From Callorhinchus milii (lineage: Eukaryota): DNA of 64,000 bases. The translations under genes were made by a program, and so were the position numbers. Below, in pieces: positions 24,932 to 37,719 of this stretch; position 1 is the stretch's first letter; each line of letters begins with the position of its first letter. Where the stretch lies: the NCBI RefSeq assembly GCF_018977255.1, contig NW_024704742.1, positions 37,078,001 through 37,142,000 of the forward strand, written 5' to 3'. The notes under the pieces are model-generated. The model did not search any database, had not been told where the DNA came from, and worked only from the letters and a program-made list of their open reading frames with translations.

Positions 24932-25645
24932 TTTTTTTTGATCAGCTGGGTGTCTGATACACGATGAAACCCATCACCATGCTTAAGAGTATCCAAACCA
25001 AGCTGAGATTTCCATGCATCTCACCTAAACATACAAATCTCAGAGATAGGTTGTTGGAATAGAATGCACACTCTCTCCCTGGAGGGCTGCATCCTACTTA
25101 CCTAATTCCAGAAAGTATTAAGTGTAGGTTGTCATGACCAAGGCTTGAGGACCCCAGAGTATGCATTGGGTATCCACTGGAGTCTAACCAGCTAAACCCA
25201 CATAGAGTGCCATTGATATCAGTGTCTGGCAAGCTTTCCCACTGCTTGTCCAGCTAGGACCACCCTACACACTAGGGCTTTGGCTTGCAGGGTTAACAGG
25301 AGCTGAGTGGGATGACTCCCTGCCCCCAGTGACTGGTCTGCCCTTCCAGGTCCTCGGATGAGCCAAGCTGTGCTGTCATCAGCAGTGCGGACCCAACTCG
25401 CTCAAGAACCAGACTATTGAGACCACCACAGGGGGCTGGCTCAATTCTGATATTCCATTGCCAACATTGTCACGTTGGAGCCAGTTCAGCTCCAAAGAGA
25501 CCCCACCTACCTCCCTTTTCCCCACCAAGGAGGGAAATCACTTGACGGTCATTCGACATCTGACATGCATGGGTTTGAGCCCTCACTAAGTGGATGGTAG
25601 GGACAAGGAACTCCCTGCGAGCTTCCCGGTGGGTAACGCTTCTCA
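24932..25645 (-). mobile_element. Longest copy of the LF-SINE-like repeat
   Basis: 24940-25470 aligns with 5665-6450. On the - strand the upstream part has a B-box-like GGGCTCAAACCC and TGACCGTCAAGTGATT. A T-run at 24932-24939 would be the A-tail. Confidence 0.7.
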
Positions 25646-26984
25646 GCATGAAATTCTATGAGATCATTGCCTCCGTCTTCCTGTTCACAGCTCTGGCATG
25701 CATCCCTTCCCATTGAGTGATGGTTCCACCAATTCGAGGCTTGGAGTTTAAGCTTGAATTACTAAAACAAGCAAGTAGGCCCTGAGTTTAATGGGACTAT
25801 TGTGTATCACGTACAAACATTTGTAAACCATGTATGAACACCACTGTACTATGCACCATATGTTCTGAAGAAATTACAGAGTAGTTAACAACCAACAAAA
25901 ATGATTAATTAATGAACCTATTACCCAAACCTCCAGCAATGCTCATGTCCAATTGTGGATCTCGAACCCGCAACTTTATGGCCCATAAATCCTTAAAAAG
26001 GTTATTGTCAGATGCACATTTTCTTCACTTTCTGCACTTTTCCAATGCACTATCAACATCACACATAGCCATATCACTTTAGATTTTACCAAAACTTTGG
26101 ACTCAGTGAAACACAAGAGAGTTGTCCACAGGATAGGAAGGCACAGAATGGGGAAACGGGGTTCTGAAGTAGTTCAGAAATAACAATACAATATTACATT
26201 TGTATAGCGCCTTTCATGTCGGGAGAACATCCAAGGCACTGGGGCGTTTCCTTTAGTTATCTAAATCATAGGAAACAAAGAATAGTTGTCCACGGAGCTA
26301 ATTCAGGATTGTGAAGAGCAATTTTAGGACAGAAAAATGGTTGGCTTTCTTTACACAGAGGATATCAGCGACTGGAATGGGTTGCCAGGACAGATTGTTG
26401 AGTCCAGGATATTAGATTCATTTATGTAACATTGTATATGGAAAGACGATAAGGTGGGTATTCTGTAAAGAATGAGATTTAATGGTACAGAAAGCCTTCT
26501 TCATTGAAACTTTTCTTGGGATATGATATGCTGAATTGATGATCAATAAAATAGTTGTTTTCTATTATTTATTCTATTTGACCTAACAAAACTATTCAAA
26601 ATTTTGATTCATTCCACTAGATTCCCCCTTAACTTCTTCTGCTCCAGTAAAAGCAGTCCCAACTTTTCAAGTCTCTCCATATAACCAGAACTTTGATTCC
26701 TATTATCAGCTAAGCAAATCTCCACTATACTCTCTCCAGTGATAAGACTGAATTCAACAATTTGCTAAATTCCGATTGTTCTAAAATGTTACATAAATTG
26801 TTAAGTCCACTGTTGCAAAATGGATCAATTTCAAGATCCACACTCATTTTATATGGAATGCAAGGATTATTATTATTTAGTAATTCTAGACCCTGGTGGA
26901 ATTTTTCTCCATAATAATGTCCTGTAATCTTCTGTATTCCGCTTCACAACGACCTATTAACTTGATTTCAATAGCAACTTTAAA

Positions 26985-27360
26985 CTTTGTCAAAACTCTG
27001 CCACCCACGTCCTCACTTTGCTAGATTCCACAACTCAATCACCCCAGATTTTGCCAGGCTCCACTGGCTCCCTGTTGCAAAACAGATCGATTTCAAGATC
27101 CTCACTTTCAAAATCACTGCACTTTCCACTTTTTCAATCTGCTCACTGGGAATTTCTCGCTGTGTCTTGGCAAATAATGCACAAGATAAAATTGGTCATC
27201 CACTTCATGGTTGTCTGTGGGACATTGCTCTGTGCAAAATAGTTGGCTATTTTCGCTTACAAAATACAATGTCACTACATTTACAGTTAAATCCTGTGAA
27301 GCACTTCAATGTGTTTTCCCAAATGAAAGGCACTGCATCAAATACAAGGATTATTATTAT
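26985..27360 (+). mobile_element. L2 fragment fused to a Deu-SINE 3' part
   Basis: ARLHWLPVAKQIDFKILTFK, then GTGTCTTGGC...GTGGGACATTGCTCTGTGCAAA...GGATTATTAT. Confidence 0.75.
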
Positions 27361-28764
27361 AAGAGAGTCTCTAGCACATGCCCTTATATGGTGAGCTTGC
27401 CTCTTGGTTTATTCCTCCCGCTTTCTTGAACCAGAGGATCAAATTAGCCACTTCCAATGCAATATTTATTTTCAAAATTATAGTTGGAACCTCCACAATC
27501 TCTTCAATTACTCCCCACCCCACATGGTAGAACACATGCAGTCGTTGCCTGTTGACTTTTTCATTTCATTTACATTAAACTTTTTCAATATTGTTTTATC
27601 TAAGTAATTATCCTAAGTATTTTCCCAACATTCTCCTCTGGAAATCCTACAGTCCCATTTTCATGGTAGTCTGTGAAATTGGACACAATTATTATTAAGC
27701 AACTGAACCATTCTTTTATTTTCAACTATATATTGGCCTAAGTGATTACACCCTTTCTTTGAATGTCCTTTACTTTTAATACGCTAATTAAAGGCTTTAT
27801 AATTCTGATAGCCATTATTCTTTTTCATAACCTCTTAACTTACCAGGTGATCATTTTTTATTTCCCTTCTATACTTTTTAATATTTCTACTGGTTTTCAT
27901 TTGGTTTATGAGATCTATATTCACCACCAACTTCTTTTTAAATGTGAAAATTGGTGCAAGGTGAGAGCGAGTCGGAAGAGACCAACTGAGGAAGGGAGAG
28001 CAAGGGTGTAAAGAGGCAAAGGCACTGAGAGAAATTGGGCTTGAGAGGAAGAGGAGGAAAGATGTGGTAAAAGAGAAACAATTGAGGGCAAGAGTAACTG
28101 TTGGGCAAAAATGTGCAAAGGGATGAACCAGTTTCAGCACAAAGAAGATGAGGATGAGTGAATGAGGGGTAATACAGCATTTGAAAGGGGTGTGTGTAAG
28201 AGGGAAATGACAAAGTAGACACAGGAGGAGAAGTTAACCAGCAATATCGAAAGAAGAGACATCGATGGTCAAAGGGAAACACCCTGCCAGGGCCATTGGT
28301 TATGTTACACTTGGGTCTTTTGTTTTCTTTGAAACCCTATTTCAAGGGTATAAGAGATACACTATATAAGCTTTGGGAATGCCCAATAATCTTTCCCAGG
28401 TCTATATATTCCTATTTACTATTTTCTAACCAATATGTAGAGCCCAGTTTGGATACTAAAGCTGGATGTTTTTCATACTGCCATTCCTAATTTTCAGAGA
28501 TACCTAAAATCTTGCTGATGTACATCACAATAATATACAAGTCATTGAACCCATAGTCATCTGAAATGCTGCAGAGGTAGATAGACTTTCAGAAACTAGC
28601 TCCTGCCTATGGCCTCCTTTATTAGCTCCACCCTCAGCAAATATGTTTCTGCAGCAGTGAAATAGAATTTTCATTTCTGCACATTACTCTAAACATATAT
28701 CGGTTATTTATTTTCATTGTTATTAAATGGTTTCAAATCTCTATTTGCTTTGGCTCCCTGATTA

Positions 28765-29307
28765 TAATGATAATCGTTGCATTTGGTATAGCACCTTCAT
28801 GTCAGAAGGACGCTTCAAAGAGCTTCACAGGATTCACTGGCAACTGTATATTTCATAAGCAAATTTGGCAGGGCATTTGTACACAAGAATAATAATAATA
28901 ATAATAATAATCCTTGCATTTGATATAGCGCTTTTCACGTCGGGAGGACGTCCCAAAGCGCTTCACAGAACACACTGTAAAGTGAATTGACTATATAATG
29001 TCCCACAAACATCCTTGAAGTGAGTGACTGCATTTTCTTGGAGGATTGTTGGCCAGGACATGGGAGAAACTCATTTGCCTTTTCAAATAGTGCCATGGGA
29101 TCTTTAATGTCCACCAAAACAAGCTGACATCACTTTGGTTTAAACATCTCATACAAAGATCGGCACCTCCAACAATGCAGCACACCTTGAGAACCGTGTT
29201 GGAGTGTCATCTTAGACTATCAGTTCGAAGTCCTGACATGGAGATTGAATCGACAACTTTCTGACTCAGAGGCAAGAGCGCTACCAACTGAGACATGTTG
29301 ACGCCTG
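28765..29307 (-). mobile_element. Old Deu-SINE with a nested young SINE 3' end (~28888-28996)
   Basis: Old body ...ACACAAG | AATGTCCCACAAAC is split by (AAT)n-CCTTGCATTTGATATAGCGC...GACTATAT; tRNA head at the right end. Confidence 0.85.
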
Positions 29308-30424
29308 ATTAGGGGGAATATTAAGATGGTGAGCCTTCAGTTTAACACTTGCATGAAGATAAGTGTTGAGTGTCATTAGGCTGTTCCCCTGTCCATGGAG
29401 GGCAGCTTAAGAGGCTCACAGGAGCAGGAGGAGCCCATTCAGTGCATCCAACCATAATCAAATGTTCAGTAAATTACAACAGATCTTTTAAGGCCATTTT
29501 TCCCACTTTTTCTCTTAATCCTTAAAACCCTTACTTCCCAAGTACCTATTCAGACGATAGGAACAAGTTCAAAGAGTAATCAGAAGCTTGGACAAGTTTA
29601 GGATGGGTTGAGGTCAGGATACTGGGGTCATTTAAGAGTCAGCTTGATTCTAGATTACGATGGGAAAATGGTAGAGTTTGTATTATGGAAGGAATGAAAT
29701 CAAACCGGTCGAAGGACCTTCTTCGTCTGAATCTCATAATCTTGTGAATGAAACACAGATAATTAGCGGGCTGTTTTGGCCAGTCTTAGCACCCATTGTC
29801 CAACTATAAGTGAACTGATATAATATTGTGACTGCTGCTTGTGTCAAACTGGTTCTGTCTTCAAAGCTGTATTGTTGCAGGAACCAAGCCCGTACAGTAA
29901 ACCAAGCTGGAGAACAGTAGTTCACTTATTAAGATTAGGCTTGTTCTATACAAACATGATAATATAGATTTGTTTACAAGTTTTGAAAGTCTGCTAGAAT
30001 TTTATTCACTGCAGAATGCTTATTCTTTCTCTTCTTTCGGTGGTATTCCTCCCTTTAATCCAGCAGTAATTTCACATGCATAATGGAATTATTTGCAATA
30101 AAATATACGATGAAGCAAATAACCCCAAGGCCACTCCTTGTTGTTGTATGTGGAGATGAGAATCAGTCAAAGCCAGGCAGCAGCCATAGTCGGCTTCGCA
30201 CTGCCAGATTTTCAAAAGGAATAGTAATTACCGAATCCCAAACCTGCTACAGCCGATCTCTGGAATTTCACTCAGACCCTGATTCGATGTCAGATCAGCT
30301 ACCAAATGGAATTCCAGAGGGTCATTCATATCAAATCCAGGATTTATTTACTAACCCTTTTTAATCTCCCAATGTAAGTATAGAAACGTTCTGCAAATTG
30401 TGGGACTAAAAGGGTTATGTTTTT

Positions 30425-30630
30425 TTATTATTAAACCTTGCATTTGATATAGCATCTTATCACATTGTCAAATTGTCTCAAAGTGCTTCACAGGCTTTCA
30501 CTGAAAAGTTGTAGTGTCAGTGTATATGTAGGTGAATGTGGCAACCAATTTTTTCCTAGTCATGTGCAACAAACAATCATAAAGTGAATGACAATTTTAT
30601 CCAGAGGATTGTTGACCAGTACATCAGGAG
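30425..30630 (-). mobile_element. Deu-SINE 3' fragment
   Basis: CCTTGCATTTGATATAGC...TCTCAAAGTGCTTCACAG...GAGGATTGTTGACCAG. Confidence 0.75.
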
Positions 30631-33063
30631 AGACAATTTGTCAATTGCATCCATAGTCACTGGCAAAAATTTACACCCTGCGGAAAAAAACAATTTGAGC
30701 CTCAGGGGATGGTGGAGAGTGGAAGAGCAATTTCAAACCAGTCACAATAATTAGTCATGATTTCACAGCCTCACCTTATTTGGCATCTGTCTATTCTGTT
30801 GGAATAATCCCTCTCCTGATAAATCAAATTTGCGCAGTAGATGTGACCAAAATCAAGGCTGAATTTCAAAGCTGAACTGTGAGAGGACAGATTAACAAAA
30901 AACTAACAGATTTCAATATGAATTAATTGCAAGGCTTGAAAAGGAATGGAGAAATCTATGCCTCCAGCTATCGAACCAGCCAATGTCATATTACCTTATT
31001 TAGTGGCACCTTCTCTCCATGCATTCATATCACACGTAGACTGAGTAGCAGCAGAACATGGAAGTTTCACAGATGTTAAAAAATGCAATTTTTTCCTCAA
31101 ATCAAAACCTTTGCTTCCTATAGCATCTCATTCAAAATAAAAAGATTTAATTTTAACATAAAGCAAAGATTATGACCCAGAGTATTTTGCCAGTGAAGTG
31201 GATTGCAGTATTGGACTTTCTGTACAAACCTCTTGACAGACTGTCTTTTCAGCAACTGCCTCTTTGTGACATGCAATAAGACAGAAGAATTTATTTAGAA
31301 TCCGCTTAAACTTTCTTTTACATTGCAAGAGGGATTTGAGGTTCCCACTGAAGTGTACATCTTTCTTTATACTGTTATCTACAGCGGAACTGCAGGCTTG
31401 TTGCAATCAAGCACTGGAAATCTCCACCATGTCAATTGTCAGATATTAATTATTTTGATGTATAGGCCTTTGGCAGGAAATCATACCATAGTGAAACGGT
31501 CTGAAAATGGCAATTATCCCTCTATAGCAAAGTAGGAACCAGTAACTTTGTGAACTCAATAGACATTCTACATCAGACATACAGAGCACGAGTGTGTGAG
31601 CCAGACCACAGTATGGCATTTACCAAGGTGGGAGCAAAGAAAAATGGATATTTACGATTGCTGAAGGTGCCCATCCTTCAGAGTTAAATGAACAGCTACA
31701 CAAATCTATTTTAAAATTCAGTACACAAACCTCAGCCAGATCTGTTTTGAGGGAAAAAAAATCACAATTTCTTAAAACGGATTTAGGTGAACATCAATAG
31801 CCAGTCACAGTTATATACAATGTTTGTATTTACCTCTGTAGAGATTCCCATATAGAGAAATTACTACCCTCACTGAACAAAATGCCTTCCTCTGCAATAA
31901 TCATGAATGCACCCCAGGCAGTTTCTGCATCTCTACCAGCACCGGGCTACTGCAATTTACATTCTCAAAGGGAATCTGGTAAATGGTGACAGTTCCCACA
32001 TCATGTTATAAGAGAATCATCTGAACAGTAATTTTTCCCCCAAAAAGGATAACTGACATCAAATTTTCAATTGGACCAGATTGGGTCCTCACAATCTTAG
32101 CAAGCACAGAATAATCAAACATAGCTAAAATAGAATGCTTTTAACTCCCCACTACTCCCCCAAACCCTGGCCTGTGCAAAGAACTGATTAGAAATGTTAA
32201 TGAAAGCAATGATCACAAGCAAAGAATTTCATTAATTCAGAGAAGCTAAAGATAAGGCGATCAATTAACTCCATAGTTTCCGACACCATTCAGTGATCCA
32301 AAACACTCTGATTTATAACACATACACACACACACAAACAGACATTTAGATATGTGGCACTGGTCATAAAATACTTGCTTTTTTAAAAAAAAATGTCTAA
32401 AAGGATCATTTCCCACAATTCGTAAAATATTAATGTCGCTTCAAATAACCCCTGATTGCAACGTGCATTCTGTGCTGCTCCCCTACATATCCCAACCATG
32501 TAACAATCATTGTTCTCATGCAGCATCAATCTATTTTGAGGTTATTTTCATGCTATTCTGTTCCTAAATATTTGCCCTTTTCTGAAGACAGAAGCATAAA
32601 TACACACCAATAAGATGTAAAAGGCTGCAACCAGCTGCACTTGCTGGGGATGCTCTCCTCTTGTGATGCTGGCAGTCTACTTCATTAACCTTTGCTGCAA
32701 TCAATATTCATCACCCCACCCTTAGCAGGTTAGCTCGCTGCATCAGCACCAACCACCTACCATTCCGTGCCAACCGAAGGATCCTGGACAGCGACAGTCC
32801 ACTGCTCAATCTGCCCTCACACCATCCTGCTCCTCATCACAACAAAAACAATGGGACGGTGGAGAGAACACACACGGAGAGAGGGAGAGGGAGAGGGAGA
32901 AGGAGAAAGAAAGCAAGGAAGAAAGAAAGAAAGAAAGAAAGCTGTCGGAGAGAAGAAAGACTTGCTGAATCACTGGCTTCACCAGTGCTTAACCATCGTG
33001 CAGACCAATGCTGGCTGTACCACTGTGGAACCTACCAGATGAGACACAGGGCCTGGGGAATAG

Positions 33064-33324
33064 GTTTCTATGGTAACTGGAAGGAGCACATATGACGTCA
33101 AAAGCTCACATCTCTCAGGGGGTGGTGGGGGGGAATACATTCATATCTACAACTATCTCCTGGTGAGTCAATATGCTTCCCATAGTGATTTGTTTCAAAG
33201 GCAATGTAAAGCCAATTATCGAATAGCATTGTCAGCTAAAGCAGAGATGGCGCAGAAATAACAAGGAATACATGTTCCCAGGGATGCTGCTTCTCCGACA
33301 GACCTTCACACGTGCAGCACGTCA
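33064..33324. promoter_or_regulatory. Candidate promoter/enhancer motif cluster
   Basis: X-box GTTTCTATGGTAAC 33064-33077, full CRE TGACGTCA 33093-33100, AP-1 TGAGTCA 33164-33170, E-box CACGTG 33309-33314, all inside a repeat-free island. Confidence 0.55.
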
Positions 33325-34610
33325 GGTGTAATTTGGTCACCAAAATTAGGTTGTAGAACTACAGAATAATATCATTCGGACCACCTTTGTTATTCCGCAT
33401 AGATTTCATAATGACTTATCCAAAGCAAAATATCTGAGTGTTGTATGTTATTCTCGTGATAAGGATGGCAATACTGTAAGAATACTCTTTAATTGCAATA
33501 TTGAGTTAATAGTTAAAAACTCACATACTGTGGCTCATTTGTATAATATTATCAGAAAGTACCACCCTTCCTCCTCCCTTTCCCCTCCCCACACACATAA
33601 ATATACAACAGTACACTCACACCCCTATCATTAACACATTGAAAGCTGTTACTGCTACATTATTACTGCACCACTTTACAAAAGGTGAACAGATTGCAGG
33701 ATTTTGCTCGAAAACACCACAGGTAACCCAATGCCCTCTGTTATTGTTATCCTTCCCGCCTCAGCTACCTGTGAAATCACTATTACATTCTTAGGGAATG
33801 GCATTGCTTCTGAAGGCCTTTGCTCAACATCGTTTACATGTTTGTTCTGTGAGCCACAAAGGAAAGTCAGTGCTCGAGGGGTTAATGCACATTATGTAGC
33901 TTGCCGGCCAATGAGATTGTCACTCAGTGGAGGAGCTGCTCCTCGGTACAAACAACACCATGATGAATACACAGTGCATACAGCACGGAGCTGGCAATGT
34001 GACTTCAGTCACATCTTCTACTCTGGATATTTCAATTCATTATATCCTCTGTTGATCTACTTTCGGAGCTGCTCAATTCAGGCTGTCAGAGCAGATTACT
34101 GCGTGAATATTCTTACACTTTGATAACACTGCCACCAAATTTTAATGAATAATTTAAGCCGATAACTCAAATTCAGCTCCCACTTCAAGAGTAATACTGT
34201 GATGGCCAACAAATTGAAACATTCTGAGAAGAAATGTGTTGCCCGTGTGATATTTAACAGAATAAATGAAATGGACATCAATAGGCTTCCTATTCCATCC
34301 CCCCCCTACCATTGATTGGGCTGGATGTCAATGAGCTTCCCATTTCCTCATCGGTTGAGTGGGATATAAATCCACCCTCCACCCGCTCAGGCGTTTCAAT
34401 GGTGAGGTGGGTGTCCAACTGTCAGTTTCCTCACCCTTTGAGCTTTTTAGTTACTTAACAGGTATTCCACAATCCAGCAGTTGAGGGTTGTAATGGGTCT
34501 TTACTATTTAAAAACATTGGACATTCTGCATCTGGTTCGTTTTGTAATAACCACAAATTACACCCCATCTCTCACTTCTTAAAACATTTCTGACAGTCTC
34601 ACCATAGATA

Positions 34611-34756
34611 CCCTCCCACCTCTCTGCCTTCCCTCACCCCTACACTACCCTTCCCCCATGCTTGGGCCCCGACACCTGACTGTTCAGTGCTTTGGGACGT
34701 CCTCCCGATGTGAAAAGCGCTCTATAAATGTAATTTTGTTGTTGTGGTTGTTGTTG
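34611..34756 (+). mobile_element. Young L2 3' UTR/tail
   Basis: Nearly identical to 21154-21290. Confidence 0.9.
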
Positions 34757-35039
34757 TATTGATATATGTGGTTGCATTCTTTTCCACCTTATACCAAGAC
34801 AGGATCCTTCAAGGGCTGCGGCAGTAAATTTAACTCCAAATTACTTTATAAATTTTCAATTAAATATATTAAAACACATATTTCTTAAGTAATGTTTTTT
34901 TTAAAAAATCTATCTGTTACTCTTAAATAACATTGGCTTTTTTTGCAGTGTAACACCTCTAACATCAATTATTTTAGAACCACGGGCATTGCAGAAGCAG
35001 ATTTTCATGTATTTTCTATTTCACATTTCGGTTGACACC

Positions 35040-35640
35040 AATAGGAGAGAACATCACTCGCCATGTCAAAACAGTATGAGGCAGGAATAAACAAGGCAAA
35101 CAGGATCCTGGGCTACATTGGCAAATCATTTGAGTTCAGCTCCTCAGAAATCTGTTTGCCTATAAAATACAATCACTATACTGAACTATATCAAAGCCTG
35201 GACATGTTATAGTTTTAGTCACCTTGACATACGAGAACTACCAAAGCCCTAGAGGCAGTGCCAAGGAGATCCAGCGTAATAGTTATTAGCTTTACAGGGT
35301 CTCAGAGGGGACAATATAGAGGTAATAGCAACAATTTATATTCATGTCCATACAGCTGACTGGGACCCTGAGGTGAGAGCAGGGGGGAACTAAATATGGG
35401 GTGGGGAGTGGGAGTGGGGGGAAGAGGAAAGGTGACTGAAAGTTTAAAAGGTCTTAAAATGGGATTGAAAGGGAAGGAGAGGGTGATATACTGTATATAA
35501 TTTTAAACGGGATTGAGAAAGTAAACTCAAAACAAAATTTTTAGGGTTTAGGGTTGCGAAAAGCATTTTCAGAATGAACATGAGGAAATATTCCTTTCCC
35601 CAGAGGGTAATTGATGACTGGGGAGGTTATTGTAAAATCG
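35040..35640 (+). mobile_element. Degenerate CR1 ORF2 fragments
   Basis: AAGGCAAACAGGATCCTGGGCTACATT (KANRILGYI); CCCAGAGGGTAATTGATGACTGG. Confidence 0.65.
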
Positions 35641-36589
35641 TGACTTGCACTAGTGACAGAGGCTACAATGGAACTGCATTGCTGTGGGACAATGTTTGGG
35701 TCGTAATTAGCCTAAAGAGGAAATTAAAATCTTAAAATCGTAGTATCAAGTATTAATTTTATTTTATCTTCACTAAGAATTGTATTAGCATACCAACATT
35801 AAAAAAAATACAGAAGAATGTTTTGGAAAGCATACCCAGTTTATCTTGGGGAAAAAAGTGAAGAGTATTGTTTGCCTTTTGACCTGCATTGCAGATTCAT
35901 GCTTGCCCTTCACTGCTGGTCTCCTACCAAAATGATGGCTCAGTGAACGTGAAATGCTATGATATCATAGCACATCACTGGCTTTATTGCAATTGATGCA
36001 AGACCTTTATTTTTTTGAAAAATCCCCAACTATTTATGATGCAAACTGCTTGATAATTCAAGCAGAAGGCAATACTTTCAAAATTTGAAAACAGCTAAGG
36101 ATTTTTCTTGTTGGTGATTTTTTGAATGAGTATTTTCATGGATACTATGAAATATTGCAGTTTATAATTTACCATTTATAATTTATTATTCAAAACATGA
36201 CTGCTTTCTGAGATGACAAATAAAGAAATGCTTTGACCCCTGAACTAAACAACTTCTGGAATACTTTACCTCCTTTATTGCTCGTATTGGTTGCTGCTGT
36301 TTGCGGTTATCTTTTCTGAGAAAGAGTAAACATAGCCTAATTCATATAGTAATAGGATCCTATTATTCGTAAAGTAATAGGATCAGGTTCACTTAATATT
36401 GTGCCAAGATGACTTAACCAAAGGTCCTGGTGTGTCCAAACCCTCTTCTCACTCTTACTGCTGTCAAGAGTGGCTGGCTCAGTTAGTAGCTTTCAAGTGG
36501 TTGTAGGTTCAAGCCCATATTGGGCCTTTGCACTCATGTTCTAAGCTGTTCCTGCAAGCTAGTTTTTAATCATTTATATATCTGGATCC

Positions 36590-36940
36590 CTTAATCTCTT
36601 TGTTCCCCTTGCTCCCCCTACACCGTAACCACCCTCCTGCACTGTCCTATCTTGTATGTATTCCCATCTCCTGTTCTCATGTCCATTTTGTAGTGCTTCA
36701 CACATTTTTGCAATGATTTGCATCTACCATCATTCTGCAAACATCTTAATCTGACTATGTTCTTTAGTAATTTTCTGCTCTTTTTTCCACAATTCGCTAC
36801 AGCTCCCAATATAGTGTCCTCTGCAAACTTGCATATTGTCCCCTCTATTTGCACCTCTCCATCATTTATATAGAGAATGAAAGGTTCTGATCGTTGCATG
36901 ACCAACACTATCAATCAATCTGAAAATGTCCCTTTTATTC
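36590..36940 (-). mobile_element. CR1 RT fragment
   Basis: FILYINDGEVQIEGTICKFAEDT, a degenerate LF.IYINDL...KFADDT motif. Confidence 0.85.
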
Positions 36941-37719
36941 CCTAGAAGTGCTTATGAGTGATAGAAATTAATATGAAATGCAAAGTATTCCCATTTTTAT
37001 TTTTCCCCAAAACATGACTCTTTTACCATTACGGGCATGTTCTCATTTACTGACTGTTATGTTTCTTTTTCCACTGACAAAATCACACCTTTGCTATTCA
37101 GCATCCAGGTATGCTAGGACACCCATGCAACTTCATTAGTATTCATTGATATTGTGGGACAAGATGCTTTTCTTCCATTTTCAACAAAAATGTCAGTTCC
37201 CTTGTGCTTTAGAATGGTCTCTGTTGTTTGCTTGTAAGTAAAATTCTCACGTAAGTACATTATCTTGTTGATAACAGCTGCTTTACCTTTCCAAGTGAAA
37301 ATTAAATAGTGTGGAATGTAGACATATTGTACCTCTCATTCATTTTTCATCAAGATAGTTAGTTATTCATGTTCACCAAGAGTAAATCAGCTTCTGTATT
37401 CTGGACATATAGAATATCTGAATTACAGCTTGTTTTATTTCAAGAAACTTGGTCAAATCCCGACTTGTCTGAAATTCTAATCAAAGCTAGAACTCATTAT
37501 CTACTATGTTCAGGGATAACTGTGTAACTTACATGCCAAGGCCTTTATTTTAAGATTTAAAGAACCACAATGGAAATTAATAAAGCCTTTTTGTCAATAG
37601 AGAATTTCACAGAAAGAAGCTGTATTCTTTTCCTCCCACAATAATGTGCCATTGGGAATGAAAGACTTCAACCTCCAGGCTTGAGCACTAAGGTTTGGCT
37701 GGTGCTAGAAGGTGCACAC

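Noticed and set aside
30083..30364. 93-aa ORF
   Set aside because: No recognisable homology or splice support; it overlaps the hairpin, which is the better-supported signal.
32742..32793. REST/RE1 site (TCAGCACC ... GGACAGCG)
   Set aside because: The half-sites are about 35 nt apart, far beyond the canonical spacing.
34308..34403. Nested inverted repeats (ACCATTGA/TCAATGGT; TGAGTGGG/CCCGCTCA)
   Set aside because: Short and asymmetric; cannot be separated from chance by eye.
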